From the human T2T-CHM13v2.0 reference genome, Homo sapiens, in assembly GCF_009914755.1 (NCBI RefSeq), contig NC_060929.1: DNA of 64,000 bases; one strand, written 5' to 3'. The notes below the pieces were generated by a model. It did not search any database. It was not told where the DNA came from and saw only the letters and a program-made list of their open reading frames with translations. Position numbers and translations under genes: made by a program. Of this stretch, positions 36,928 to 56,960 are shown in pieces. Position 1 is the first letter of the stretch. The number at the start of each line of letters is the position of its first letter.

Positions 36928-37819
36928 TTATCACCCTCCGACCCAGCAGGCACGGCTGGTGCCCCCCTGCTCTGTGAGTGGGACCAGGTGTCATCGGAGA
37001 CACCTGTTGGGGGACACAGAGGCCTTGGGCCGGGTCAGCGCCGCCAGCTGCTCCTTGGGGAAGGCAGGATGAGGGGCCAGCTTTTAAGATGGTGGCTGCT
37101 GGGGAGCTGCCTACACGCTCTGTTTAATATTCTCTTTAACTCGACACCTTCTGACACCATGCTGGAGGCTGATGAAGGGGAAATCTGACAGGAGCTATAG
37201 GGTGGGTCTGAGATGTCAGTCCGTGCTCCGCCGTCTCTCTCCTCTGTTGCCACATTTGGGTTGGACCTGAGGCCGTCGAAACTGGGACCTTTAGAAGTCC
37301 CTTGCAGAACGCTTGCTAGCTTTATTGTTAGGCACCCTATACTTTTTGTTACTTTGGTAAATTGATTTTTTCATTGCTTTTTGGAATGTAGAAAGGCAAT
37401 TGATTTTTGTTTATTGATCAACCAACTAGCTCAACCACCCTATTAATTCTGTCATCTGTCTGCAAGTTTGGGGGAGGTTCTATTTATATGATCATATCAT
37501 TAGACAGTGATTACAGTTTGCTTTCCCTTCTTCTCATTCTCAAACATTGAGTTTCTTTTTCTTCTCTGTCTGCACTGTCTGGGGCCCTCAGGACAATCTC
37601 CAGTGGAAACAGCGTGCTGGGCATCTGATTGTATTCCTGACTGGCTGAGGATGACGACTAGTATGTCACTGTCAAATGTGACGTTTCCCATAGATTGTTA
37701 GTGTATATCTTCTTTCACTTCAGATTTGCTAAGAGTTTGAGTTTTTTTCCAATCATGAGTGGTTTTTACATTTTATCAATTTATTTTCATGCATCTATTA
37801 AGAATATAATCTGCTCTTG

Positions 37820-38188
<369 letters not shown>

Positions 38189-38213
38189 TCAACCTTGAGT
38201 TTCTGGAACATAA

Positions 38214-38533
<320 letters not shown>

Positions 38534-38920
38534 TGAACTCTTATACTACTATGTGTTTTGCCTGGATTTGATTTGCGCAATATTTTACCTAGAGGGTTTT
38601 CACATCCATGTTCATAAGTAGATTGGCCTGTAATGACTTTTCTCCCAATTTTCTCTTTTTCGAACTATAAAAAGAATTGGAGAATGTTTCCTCTTTGTCT
38701 CCAGAACACTTTATATATAAAACCAAAACCATCTTCTCCTTTAAAGAGGTCTTAAACTTACCTCGGTCTGTTTCTTTTGTGAAAGATTGTTTATTAATAA
38801 TCTAATTTCTTTAAATTTTATCAGACTCTTCATTCAGGTTTTCTATTTATCCTTAAGCTGGTTTTTATTAATTGTATTTTCTAGGTGTTTTAGACAGTTT
38901 TGAGTTTATGAGCATCAGGT

Positions 38921-39703
38921 TGAAATGGGGAAGGTTCCCTTGTCCTCCTCACAGGGCATGTGACAGGGGGTGTGGCTCGCTTCTTCAGGGCCCCACTGCT
39001 CAAGCCTCTAGGAGAGCATACAGACAGGCAGCGTCTGGGGGTGAATGTTCACAGCACCTGAAGCCCCAGTGGGCATGGGCTGCATGTGCTCTTTTAGGTG
39101 TTCCATCTATAGGCGGCTTGTGTTAACCAGCTCAATTAGACCCTTTACCTTGTTGCAAGGACAGAGGGCTTTCTGTGTCCCAGGTGTGTACCAGGTGCCT
39201 TGGTGTCCCAGAAGAATCGGACCACACGTGGGCTTGGAGAATGAGTGCGAGGTTTTATTGAGTGGAAGTAGCTGTCAGAAGATGGCAAAGCCAGAAGGGA
39301 GATGGTTTTCCCCTGGAGTCAGCCACTCAGCGGCTGGACTCTTCTCTGACCACTTCAGCCAAACTCCATGTCATTCCCCCGGTCAATGGCCTGCCGGCGT
39401 GCCGGCCTCTGCCTGTGCCTATGGGCGTGCTCTTCAACCCATGTGCTCCTGTCAACGTCCAGCCGCCCGTGTGTTCCTCTGCTGACGTGCTCCTCTGTCC
39501 AGCCACCTGCGTGTCTGCCCGCTAGGGTCTCGGGTTTCTATAGGCACAGGATAGGGACGTGGCCGGCCAGGGTAGTCTTGGAAAATGCAATATATGGGCA
39601 GGAAAACAAAAATGCCTGTCCTCACCTAGGTCCGTGGGCGCAGGCCTGGGGGTGGAGCCCTAGCCAGGGACCGTGCCCTTCCCTTCCCAGCACTTCTGTA
39701 TCA
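38921..39703 (-). mobile_element. LTR1-like ERV1 solo LTR (second copy)
   Basis: TGAAATGGGGAAGGTTCCCTTG...CCCAGCACTTCTGTATCA; colinear with 30821-31596 (shared CAGCTCAATTAGACCCT, CAAGGACAGAGGGCTTTCTGT). Confidence 0.85.
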
Positions 39704-39926
39704 AAGCCATAGTACTTTTTACTGTCATTTTAATCTTTGCTGTACCTGAGATGTATCTTCTTTTTCACTCCTGAAAGTTTTGGGGTGTATGTGTGCCTTA
39801 CTTCTTTTCTTACAGCTTTATTGAGATATATTCCACATACCATAAAATTCACCCATGTGAAGCATACAGTTTAATGATTTTTAGAATATTCACAGTGGTA
39901 CAACCAACACCACCATCTAATTTTAG

Positions 39927-40299
<373 letters not shown>

Positions 40300-40376
40300 G
40301 AGACTGGCTTTTAATTTGTTGCATGTTTGCATGGTTCAAAAGTCAAAATGACATGATGAGGCATAAAATAAGTATA

Positions 40377-40705
<329 letters not shown>

Positions 40706-41156
40706 TAAAATGGGGTATAAAAATATACAAAAAAAATTCTAACTCCCATCTTCATCTTCCCCACAACTGTCTCTCTCACACTCACATAACCATTTTTATT
40801 CATTTTCTGTTTATTTTTCTGTATTTCTTTATACAACTACAACAAGGAAATGCAAATATATTTATTCCTATTTTCCACTCTTTTCTTACAGAAAGGTAAC
40901 ATCATTGATACAGTATCTTGCACCTTCTTTTTTTTCTTACTATATCCTGAAGTAGCTCCTTATTCTTTCTTCCAGTTGTGTTTCATGTTTATTCAACCAG
41001 CTCCCCATGGGCAGGCCCTTGGCTTGTTTCCAAGCTTTTACCATTACAAACAGTGCTGTAGTGTATAACCTCGTTCATGGGTCATTTTATACTCGTGAAT
41101 ATCTGTCTGTAGAATAGATTTTCAGAGGTAGGATTGCTGGGTCAAAGGATAAATAC

Positions 41157-41472
41157 TTTTTTTGTTTGTTTGTTTGTTTTTTGTTTTTTTTGAGACAGAG
41201 TCTTGCTCTGTCGCCCAGGCTGGAGTGCAGTGGCACCATCTCAGCTCACTGCAAGCTCCGCTTCCCGGGTTCACGCCATTCTCCTGCCTCAGCCTCCTGA
41301 GTAGCTAGGAATACAGGTGCCCGCCACCATGCCTGGCTAATTTTTTGTATTTTTAGTTGAGACGGGGTTTCACTGTGTTAGCCAGGATGGTCTCGATCTC
41401 CTGACCTCGTGATCCACCCGCCTCGGCCTCCCAAAGTGCTGGGATTACAGGCATGAGCCATCGCGCCCGGCC
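41157..41472 (-). mobile_element. AluY within an old antisense L1 (~40720-41760)
   Basis: Antisense Alu; flanking L1M motifs GGATTGCTGGGTCAAAGG and TGCCAAACTGCTCTCC. Confidence 0.88.
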
Positions 41473-41784
41473 AATACATTTGTATTTTTTATAAGCAATG
41501 CCAAACTGCTCTCCATAAGGTTTGTACAATTTTGTATTCTCCACAACCAAACCTGTTTCCTCACAGCCACACCAACGATGTATTTTACAATTTTGGATTT
41601 TTGCCAAATTGAATTGCGCAAAATGATGTCTAAGGGCAATTTAATTTGCATTTCTCTTATTACAACTGGGGTTGAGCATCTCTTGATGTTTAAGGATCAT
41701 TTGCATTTCATTCTGTATGAACTATTTCTTTCTTTTGCCCATTTTTTCTTTGTAGTCCTTGGTCTCTTTCTTAGGAAAGTAAAA

Positions 41785-42260
41785 GCTATCTTTATCTATT
41801 ACTGCATGACAAACTACCTCAAAACCTAATGGCTTAAAGCGACATAATTTATTATTCCTCAGGATTCTGCGGGTCGAGTGGGCACAGCTGGGTGGCTCTT
41901 GCTCTACTTGCTACCAGCTGGGCTTACTCACTCGGCTACATTTGGCCGGCAGCTTGGCTGAGCTGGATGGTCCACCAAGCCTTCACTCACTTGTCGAGTG
42001 CCTTTGTGCTCGTCTGCATAGCCACGTCACCTCGGCTGGGGCCTCCTCACAGCGTGGTGGTCTCAGGGAAGTCAGCCTTCTTACATAGCAGCTGGCTTTC
42101 AAGAGGGAGGAAACAGAAGCTGCCAGTCCTCTTAAGGCCTGGATTCCAACGTCAGGAAATGTCACTTCTGCATTCCTTTGGTCATAGAAAGTCACAAGGT
42201 CAGCCCAGATTTAAGGAATAGGAAATAGACCCCACCTCTGGGTGGGAGAAGTGGTGTGGG
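41785..42260 (-). mobile_element. MLT1 (H/I/J-like) LTR
   Basis: TATCTATTACTGCATGACAAACTACCTCAAAACCTAATGGCTTAAA...AAGTCACAAGGTCAGCCCAGATTTAAGG...ACCCCACCTCT. Confidence 0.75.
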
Positions 42261-42860
42261 CTGCAGGGAAGGAACGCACTGGTGGCCGTCGGGGCCAAAG
42301 ACCGGGGATAGACGGGGAGAGCGGGGGCAGCCGCTGGCATCACCGTGAGCCTGTCTTAGCCCTTGGGGGCATCGTGAGGTTGGATTCTTTAAAGACAGGG
42401 CTCCGAGGGTTGGGAATCTTGAGGGCTATAACAATACTAAAAACTGAGGACACGCATACATTTCGTTGTGATTTTCGGTGGAGGAACTTAGTGAAGGTGG
42501 TGTTACGGGGTCGGGGAGAAAATGTAAAAGCTTGGCCGTGGGTGGGTTGGGGCCGACCCTTTCTCCCACCGGTTTATGGCTGGAGAAGGTGGGAGATGTC
42601 AACTCCATTTAGGGGACTGGAGGGACCTGGACAGTTTTGAAGGGGAATTTGAGAGTTGAATTTGAGTGTGCGCTTGTAAAGGACTCAACCCTGCCAGTCG
42701 CGGTTCAAGATCAGGGTTGGCTGTAGGTGGGAGGCCGTGCAGTTCCTGGGAAAGCTAACTCATCGCGGTGTCTTTTCTGTCTCACGCCGAGAAGAGCCCT
42801 GTTTGTGCTCCGCTACTGCCTGGAGTCTCCAGAGGACGCAAACAGGCGAGGGGATGTGTG
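41838..42860. promoter_or_regulatory. CpG-enriched, promoter-like region
   Basis: About 40 CpGs in ~1 kb by hand count, none from Alu; CCACGTCA (TGACGTGG) at 42022-42029. Confidence 0.35.
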
Positions 42861-42965
42861 GGGAGAAGTACTTGCTTTTTCTTGCTTTCTTCTTTACAGA
42901 ATTTGTTCTTTTCCCACAAGGCCACTCTAGCCACACCAGGAGCTTTCTCAGAAGCAGTCACAATC

Positions 42966-44296
<1,331 letters not shown>

Positions 44297-44438
44297 TCTG
44301 TGTGTGCATGTGCACGTAGGGTTTTGTTGAACATTTTATTTGGAAACAATTATAGATTCACAGAAGTTGCAAGGATAGTATCGAGATGTCCCCATTTACA
44401 CTTCACACAGTTTCTCCCAGTGACAATATCTTACATAA

Positions 44439-44795
<357 letters not shown>

Positions 44796-44968
44796 CAATG
44801 TGTGTCATCTTATCATATGTGTAGTTTCATGTAACTATTACAATCAAAATACAAAACTGTCCCATTGCCACAAAAATCACCCTTGGGAGCCACCCCATGA
44901 TAGTCACCTACACAGCCATGTCCCCACCATCCCTAACCTCTGACAGCCACTCGTCTGTTTTCCATCTC

Positions 44969-45300
44969 TGTAGGGGGTGAATAGGCCTCCAAAAATGTAT
45001 GTCCAGCTCCTAACCCCTGGAACTGTGAGTGTGACCTTATTTGGAAAGGGGTCCTTACAACTGTAATGAAGAGTCTCGAGTTGAGATCATCCTGGAGTCA
45101 AAGTGGGCCCTGAATCCAATGACAGCTGTAAGAAAAGGAAGAAGGACATTGGAGACAAAAGGCAAAGAGGAGAAGGCGATGTGGAGACGGAGACACAGGT
45201 GGCAGTGATGCGTCCAAAAGCCAAAGAAGGTCAAGGATTGCGGCAGCCACCAGAAGCCAGGAGAGAGGCATGAATCCAATTCTGTCTCAGAGCCTTCAGA
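44969..45300 (+). mobile_element. MLT1 (C/D-like) LTR
   Basis: GTCCAGCTCCTAACCCCTGGAACTGTGAGTGTGACCTTATTTGGAAA...CAGCCACCAGAAGCCAGGAGAGAGGCATG. Confidence 0.82.
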
Positions 45301-45632
45301 AAAAACACTTCACTTAAACTGGTAAAAAGCAAAACCAAAACCAAACAAACAAAAACATTGACAAAGGGGAATCCACACGCACAGGGCATTAGAGCATTCA
45401 ACAAATATGAGTGCCTACCGTATGCCAGGTGCTGGACAGAGCATTTGGCATACTTTAGTGAACAGGAAGGTGAAGGCCCTGCCCTTCAGCAGTGACTTGC
45501 TAATGGGTTGTTGTTTTTTCCGGGCTATTTTCTTTCTGCTATTCCGATTGGATAATATATATCATTGTACCTCCAAGTTCATGGATTTCTTTCCTCCATC
45601 CTCTCCATTCTGCTGTTAAACCCATCCATTGA

Positions 45633-45970
<338 letters not shown>

Positions 45971-46519
45971 TCATTTATTTCTTAATATCATCTATTTCTT
46001 TGCCTAGACTTTCTCCTTTTTCATTGGTTTCAAGCACATTCATAATGTGCACATTGCACCATTTTATGACAGCTGCTTTAAAATTCTTATCAGATAATTC
46101 TAACATCTGTGTCATCTCAGTGTTCGTGTCTGCTGTCTCTTCTCATTCATGCTGAGACTCTGTCCCTACAAAAATTAAAAAATAATTAGCTGGGCATAGT
46201 GGCATGTGCCTGTGGTCCAAGCTCCTCAGGAGGCTGAGGCAGGAGGATCACCTGAGTGCAGGAGTTCAAAGCTGCCATGAGCCGTGATCACACCACGGCA
46301 CTCCAGCCCAAGTTACAGAGTGAGACTGTCTCTGAAATAAATAAACAAATAAATAAAAATACACACATTTAAAATATTTGACTCAACTCGTGAATGAATG
46401 AAAAAATCAGTAAGCTACCACAACTAGTTTAAAGGAGAATTCAAAGAACAGAGACACCTATGGATCATGAAGTGGATGTATAAATATATATCAAATTGGC
46501 TCTTTTTTGGTAGGGTTTG

Positions 46520-47290
<771 letters not shown>

Positions 47291-48029
47291 TACCAGAAAG
47301 AATTAATTTGCACATCTACAGATAAAAATCCTTTGCATTGCTGTTGCTTATCTACAGTTTACAAAATTACAAAACAGCACAAAGACAATGAAAAGCACAA
47401 ACCCAAAAGTGGGTGGCCCAGAAGAGAGTGCTTCATTTTACACTGTGATCCAAAGCAGTTTTCCACTGAAGACACCTAATCATTCTTCTGGTCCATTTCA
47501 AAGGCTTTTACCACTTTTCCTGGTATTTCTAACCTGCTTCATCCCTTTACTTCTAGTTCATGCTTTTTCCTCATTTCTGTCATCTATTTGCCTTAGCATA
47601 CTTTCAACTCTATCTCTCTTAAACTCCTTTTAACTTCATGTTCGTTCTGAAATAAGTTGGCCTTTTCTTCTCATTTTTTTTCTAATTCTACCAGTCCATA
47701 ATGTCCACCTGCTATCTGGTCATCTCTTCCTCTTGTCTGGCTATTTCTATCGTAAGTTCTTGCATTTCTGCTTTGTGGTCTTTATAGTTGCAACTATTTC
47801 ATTGAGGTTTTTTTTCTTAATATATGTTGGAAGTTTGGAGTGCAATTTTCCTCCGCCTTTGGCAACACTTTTCTGACATATTTTCTTCGTCTGCAGAGAA
47901 ATTCTCTTTTTCAGGGTTTTTCTTACAGTATTTTGTATGAATTTGAAGTTATAGCTATTAAGTTACTAATATTTGGGTAAGTTCTTTGATCCCAGACCAG
48001 CTATTAGCAGGAGAATCCTGGGTGTTGGG

Positions 48030-48184
48030 TGGTGGTTTGTTTTGTTTTGTTTTGTTTTGTTTTGCTTTGCTTGAGATGAGATCTATGTTGTCCAGGCTGG
48101 TTTCAGACTCCTGGCCTCAAGCAATCCTCCTGCCTCGGCCTCCCAAAGTGCTGGGATTACAGGTGTGAGCTACCACGCCTGGCC
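48030..48184 (-). mobile_element. FLAM/Alu monomer
   Basis: (TTTTG)n tail followed by a left monomer. Confidence 0.85.
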
Positions 48185-49761
48185 CATCCTGTGTCTTGAT
48201 AGCATAAACTCAGATGTGGTCCAAGGGTCACCATGAATAACAAACACATGCTTGTCACTTGGAGAATTCCAAGAGCTTTAGAAGCTTCATCCCATGAACT
48301 CTAGGGAAAAAAAAAAATCTTTACCATAAAACAGAGGGACTTTGTGATTAGTATGCCTAAGGAAGTGAAAGGCCAAAGCTTATCAGAACAGCCAAGGGTA
48401 TCAAGAGAGAAGGCCTGGGAAAGAAAAGATGGCAGACAGGAGATCTGTCTCCATAAAGAGATACATAAGTCATGGCACTTGTTCCTCTGGGCCTCAGAAG
48501 ATGACTGGAAACAGGCAACTCCAGGTCCAGGACATGGGCTGCATGTTAGAGGGAAGTACTCCTTCCCATTCGAATCCCCCTGAGAGATTGATGGGCTAAG
48601 CCAGTAACCACCATATCTGCAAGTGCCCTGGGCCTTCATTTGATGTGGGGCCTGGAAAGATCCTGCTCCAGGGAGGAGTTAGGGCACCTGTAAGGGTCGC
48701 CACAACTGGCAGGGGCCCAGCACAGTGGCCAAGGCCTTCACATGCACTTGGTAGACATTTTTTTTGTCATGCTATACAGACTGTCCCTCCAGCTTTTGGA
48801 GAAGTAGGGGGCATAGGGTTGGGTCCACCATTGTACACAACAGGGCACAGTGTAAAACTGAGGAGTGGGTCACGTCTGCCAAGCCCCTGAACCACCACCC
48901 TATGCGAGATGATCTCACTGATCGTCTTTACTCCTCATGCCACCTCTTGCCATAGGCTGGGTCTCCTCCTCCCTCCTTACATGGTGTCAACCCCTCATCC
49001 TCAAATTCTTATGCACAATCCCAAATAAGGCTCCAGGAAAACCTTTGCTCAACCAGAAACTCATGATGGTGAACCTTAAACAAAGTGTCAACCACCCTTG
49101 CCCCCTGCTGTCAGCAGCACAACATAGAAGCTTTGATTCCTTCTTCTTCAGCATACCCTTGACCTGCTCTTAGCAAGGCCCCCAGCCTTGACTGCAGGGT
49201 GGGGTGTTTCTTCCTGCAGAACTGGGTGTGAAGAACATCATCCACCCTGGCACCCCTGCTCCCTGTCCCTCTGCCGTGCAGCCAGGGGGGCTGCCTGGCC
49301 ACCTGCTCTGGACTCAGCGTGCACCAGCTCGTTGGGATTCTATTGACTGAGGCTTCCATGTGCCCCCACTCCTGGTTTCCCTTCCACCCTGTCGCCTACT
49401 CACGGTGTCCCCAGAGTTCTGCCCTTCTCCTCTGCGTCTCGTGACTTTCACACCCTCCCTGGGTCCCATGGCTTCCCATCTTACCCAGTTGCTAAGGACC
49501 CCCCGTTTCTGTTTCCTGTCCAAATCCCCCTCCCATGTGTGGATGGAGACACAGAAACTCTTTCACCGTGGTTTCCTTTAGGGAGAGCTGTGAGGAGCAT
49601 AAAGTGATATATACACGTTGTAGAGGGTGATTATAAGTGTTTTCCTCCCATCTCAAACTCCTGCTAGTTCTCCCCAGTTTGAGATTGCAGCGGGCTATGA
49701 TCACGCCACTGCACTTCATCCTGGGCAACAGATTATAATTACTTGGTTTTGTGTTTTTGTC

Positions 49762-50314
<553 letters not shown>

Positions 50315-50317
50315 ACG

Positions 50318-51164
50318 ATGGTCAGCTTTAGGTGTCAACTTGGCTAGACAATAGTACTCGGTTATTTAATCTGTTAAAAAAGTAAACCAAGACAATAAAA
50401 TGTTAAAGAGTTTATTTGAGCAAAGAGTGATTCACGAATCAGGCAGCTCCAAACCAGAGGTGGTTGGAGGGTTGCACTGAGGACGCAGAGGCACAGATGT
50501 TTTAGGGTAAATGTGGAAGAGATGCTGAGAAAATATTTAATTGGTTATAATTATAAGTTGCCTTATTTGGTCTATCCCACTGGAAAGTCCTTAGTTATAT
50601 AATGAGAAGTTTTTTGGCTGATTCTGACTAGTTGAGCTTAAGTTCTGTTTCTCTTTAACATAGACATTTATAAGAAATAGCTCAAGTTAAGTTTCACTTA
50701 TGTTTGCAAATCAAACAAGGTGAAGGTCGCATATAGGCCTAACTGGCTTTGTCTGCTCAAGGATTCTTCAGACCTGGTCTTCATTTTAATTGATTCTAAC
50801 AAACTCAACACTAGCCTAGGTGTTCTGTAAGGCATTTTGTAGATGCAAATCACGTCTGCAGTCAGCCAATTTTAAGAAAAGGAGATTATCCTTGGTAACC
50901 TGGGTCAGCCTCATCCAATAGGATGAAAGGCCTTGAGCAGAACTGAGGCTTCCCTGAGGAAGGAGAAACCCTGTCTGGACTGCAGCGTCGGCGCCTGCCA
51001 GAGAGTTCCCGCCTGCCCTTCCAGTGCCCTGGCCTACGGATTCCTGACTTGCCCTGACAGCCCCACCTTTGGGGAAGCCAGTTCCTTGCAATGCATCTCT
51101 CTCTCTCTGTATATATGGATATACATACTGCTTCTGTTTCTGTGGTAGAGCCCTGACCAATACA
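50318..51164 (+). mobile_element. MLT2 LTR interrupted by an ERV1-type LTR (50372-50801)
   Basis: GGTGTCAACTTGGCTAG...CTTCTGTTTCTGTGGTAGAGCCCTGACCAATACA; insert has TGTTA...TAACA ends. Confidence 0.75.
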
Positions 51165-51926
51165 CTACCTAATAAAATCAATTAAATTCAAACTCATCAT
51201 TCTCTTTCCCACTATCCTACACCATCACACCCCCCGAGGCGCCCTCCCAGTCCTCATCCTGGTGAATGGCATGGTCTTCCTTGCTGCTGCCCAGGCCAGA
51301 AGCTGCGGAGTCTGGCCAGGCTCCTCCCTCTCTCTCCTCCTATACCCAGGCATTGGGCCAGCCCAGGGGTTTTGAGAATTCGCACCCACCCTCCACTCAC
51401 ACCTCCACTGTTTGCCCTCTGGCTTTCCACTGCAGACGTCTCACTAGATTCTCTGTCTCCATGACAGTCTCATCTCCCCTGCCCCAGCCACCAGCCAGGG
51501 TGGTCTCTGAGAATCCCATCTGTCCTGTTTAAAGGCCTCTTCTGTGGGCAACATGGAGTCCACACCCCCATGCCGGCCGGCCCTCTCATTCCAGCCGCTG
51601 CCCCAGGACCAGGGCATTGGGCCTCCATCTACCTACTGGCTGGCCGCTTGCTTTCCTGAATGCCCAGCAAACCCCAGCCACTGGGGACATGGGCTAGGTC
51701 TCTCAGTTCCTACTTTGGAACCTAAAACCTAGTAAGTACTTCAAAACTGTTTTCCTGCAGTGCGATTGAATGGACTTACCCCTCCCTCTCCGTCTCCTCT
51801 AACTGCTCATAATACAGAACCCAAGAAATGTACTTAATTAGTTTGGGGGTTACCAACAGGAATTTCACTGTCTTTGTTCATGATTTAATGGTAGGTGATT
51901 AGCGCAAAAAAGATGTTGCCCCTTAA

Positions 51927-52282
<356 letters not shown>

Positions 52283-54218
52283 CAGTGAGTTTTATTTTTT
52301 GTTTCCCGGTGGTGCTTGATACTAAAATATGTTTCACTCCGCTGTTGATCCTTCAACAAGTCTAGAAGAACAGGTGGCCCCAGGGCCATTTCTTTAGGGT
52401 CCTAAGCAGATAGGAAGAGCTTTGCTCTGTCTCGTGTTCCAGCGGACCCAACATTCATGTCTCTATTGGATGGAAACTGCTGGAACATCTTCATTTCTGG
52501 AGACAGAGCCTGAGTCCTTGGCCCCAGGCCTTTCTCTCCATCCCTGTCAAGCAATTCTTTTAAGTGTTAGCTCCTCGCATAAAGCCTGTGGTCTGCCAGA
52601 ACCCACCCTGAGGGCCGAGCCCCATGCCTGGCTTGCCCAGTACCCCAGGCTGGGAGCTCAGCAGCCACAGCCTACAACTTGGAGCAGGAAGCACTTGCTG
52701 AAAAGGCTCAACGTGAACTTGGACCTGACTTTGACTTCTTCTCTGTTTGAGAGCTTTTGTTTCCCCCACTAGATTCTGGATTCCTAATAACCCTGTGATG
52801 AGTCCTCCCTGGAGCGAAGACAGTGAGTAAGCCAGCAGTTGTGTGCTGCAGGAGGCAACTCTGACCCACACAGTTTTCTTGAGTTCATGAATCAAAGATG
52901 CCAGACCCTGAGCCCCAAGGGCCGGGTGCCAATGGCCCTGTGAAGGTCATCCTGTGGCCCTTGCAGGCGGAGCCTGTCTTTCCTCTGTGCAAAGTGTGCT
53001 CTTGCTGCCCACCGTGGGAAGCTGGGCCCCTGAGTTCCAGCCTCCCTTGGAGAGATGTGCGCTTTCCCGGTACTTTTCCGCCCTGGCATTCTGCATGACT
53101 GCCAGGCAATCGCTCGGAGATAAAGTGTACCCTTTATAAGCCCAGAACTTTAAGTTTCTCTCACACAGAGATCAGACTCCTAAAGGGAGTAACTGAAGAC
53201 ATTCTGAAAGCTCCAGGAACAGAGGAGCAGAAGGAGGCCGCCTGCCTCCTGCCAACAGCCAGTCAGGTGAGCTGCGAGCCACCTGGCTGTGTCCCCGGCT
53301 GCCCTCCGGGGCCCACTGCCATGGAAACCGCACACAGCATCGCTGCTTGAGGAGCCAGACGAACACAGCTGGCAGGGCCACTGGGTGGGCAGAAGGCAGC
53401 TGAGCAGAGCCTCGGGAAGCTGGGCTTCTCTTCTCAGCCCTGCCGCCCCCTCTTCACCGTGTCTGGAACAAGGTATTGCCCCACTAATGGTTTGCTCCCT
53501 TGAAAGGGATAAACAATCTCACGCTTCGATTCGAGGATACGGAGCCCTGGTTCTGAGGCACCAGCTGCTCTGTGAGCCTGAAGTGACTCACATAGTGTTT
53601 GAATCAACATGCACTGCATGGCGATGACAAGGACCGCTCTTGAGGAAGCCAGTGGGAAAGTGGCCCTCAACCTTTGCAGTCGGAAAGCATTGTAGAGAGA
53701 TTCCTCGTCCCCAGGGTTTCTCCCCAGGCCCCTCCATGTCATGTAAGGAGTGGTAGCATTCATGTGCTACCATAGCAGGTAAATGGAGCAATTAAAAGTT
53801 ACAGAATCACTGCAGTCTCTTCCCCATCCTTCACAGCCACTGGAATTCACATCTGCCTTAACGGAGTTCTGGCCTCCTCCTTCCTCCTTTGTGAAACCCT
53901 CTGTGGCTGCCCATTGCTTGCAGGAAAAACCCAGAGCTCTGAGTGCATGGCAGCTCACGTTCTTCACAGTCTGGCCCTGATCTTCCCTCCGGGTGCTCGA
54001 CAGCTTGAATGTGGACCCCAGCCAGCCTGCCCTCCACATCACCCCTGCGACACTTAGTTCCCTCAGTGCGTTCTCATCTGAACACCACACAGCAAGTGTA
54101 CCACATTGTCCACTGACGGGTGGCTTTCCTTTTGCGAATAGAAACTTTAATAGTACCCAAAAACAAATACAGTACTTTGAAAAAAAGGGTGCAAATATTT
54201 GTTGGTACTGGGAAATAA

Positions 54219-54823
<605 letters not shown>

Positions 54824-56010
54824 GGTTGCCTAGAGGGGGAGGTGGGGGAAGGAGAATGAGCAGGTGGGGATATCTTTTCATATCATTTTGATGGTTTGAA
54901 CTATGTCATGCATCTCCCATTTGAAAGTTAAACATATTTTTTGAAAAATTATACAAGCATAAGACATTGTTAAATTCAGTCACTTCACAAAAACATGTAA
55001 AGTTGGACTCCAAATGCCAGAGGATCCATGGAATCTAACTGTTCTGCCTCTTCTCCCCTACATGAAGCTTCCTCAAGGGCAAGCATCTTGTCCTATTCAT
55101 CTTTGCGTCACTGGGCCCAAGCACATAGTAGATAATCAACAAATCTTTATTGAATAGATGGGTTGTGGAAACTGACAGCCACAGATTAAACGCAGAAGAA
55201 GGCACTAGTGCACATGATCGGGACTGCTCACTTTATTTAACAAGAATCACCATAGTGATGAGAGATGTGTGAGGGAAACGGCACTGCGGTTGCCAACAGC
55301 AGCAGGCTGGGGCCAACGGGCTCCCGGAGGCAAAGCCTGGACCATTTCTGAATGAGGGGCTCATCATCGCCTAGAACTTTATGCTTTGTGTGTGTGGGGG
55401 GGGGTTCTTTTTGTAAAATTGTATTCATTTTAACAGCAAATGTTGAAAATGTTTCAATATGCATTCTCCCCTAAAATGTGTAGTTATAAGATAAGAGACT
55501 TGGTTTTCTTGCCATTTTTCCTTTGCTGATTAAAAAGAAGAAAAAATAAAAAAAAAAACAGGAAATGAAATCTGGTTTATATATAATTTGTCACACATGT
55601 AAGATATCCAACTTTGTAAGCACTCCAAGTTTTCATTAACTCTGCTAAAATATATTTACATTAAGAAATTTCCCAGCCCTAATGTCATTAGTTTCAAACT
55701 TCCAAACTCAGTTGTTTTGCTAAAAACGCAGATCAGGGCCAGATGGAGGAACAAGCACCCCTGATTGACCTCCCTCCGAACCAAAATCCCATAAATGACA
55801 GAAATATCTTCCTTAATTAGAAGTAGCACAAAAGGGAAAGAAAGGGGAAGGAAATGCATCATGTTCTGGGAATAAATCAGCAAGGTCACCAGCATCGCAC
55901 AGCATTTGCCCCCAGTTGATATAGAAAGTGCGAATACTTGGTCCAGAGAAGAAAGACAGTCTCCCCAGGAATCACTGACTCCCTGTCCCTGAGAAGGACA
56001 GGGAACTCAT

Positions 56011-56960
<950 letters not shown>

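Noticed and set aside
42686-42719. 8-bp stem CAACCCTG/CAGGGTTG enclosing B-box-like GGTTCAAGATC
   Set aside because: No cloverleaf or clear A-box; too short to call a tRNA or Pol III gene.
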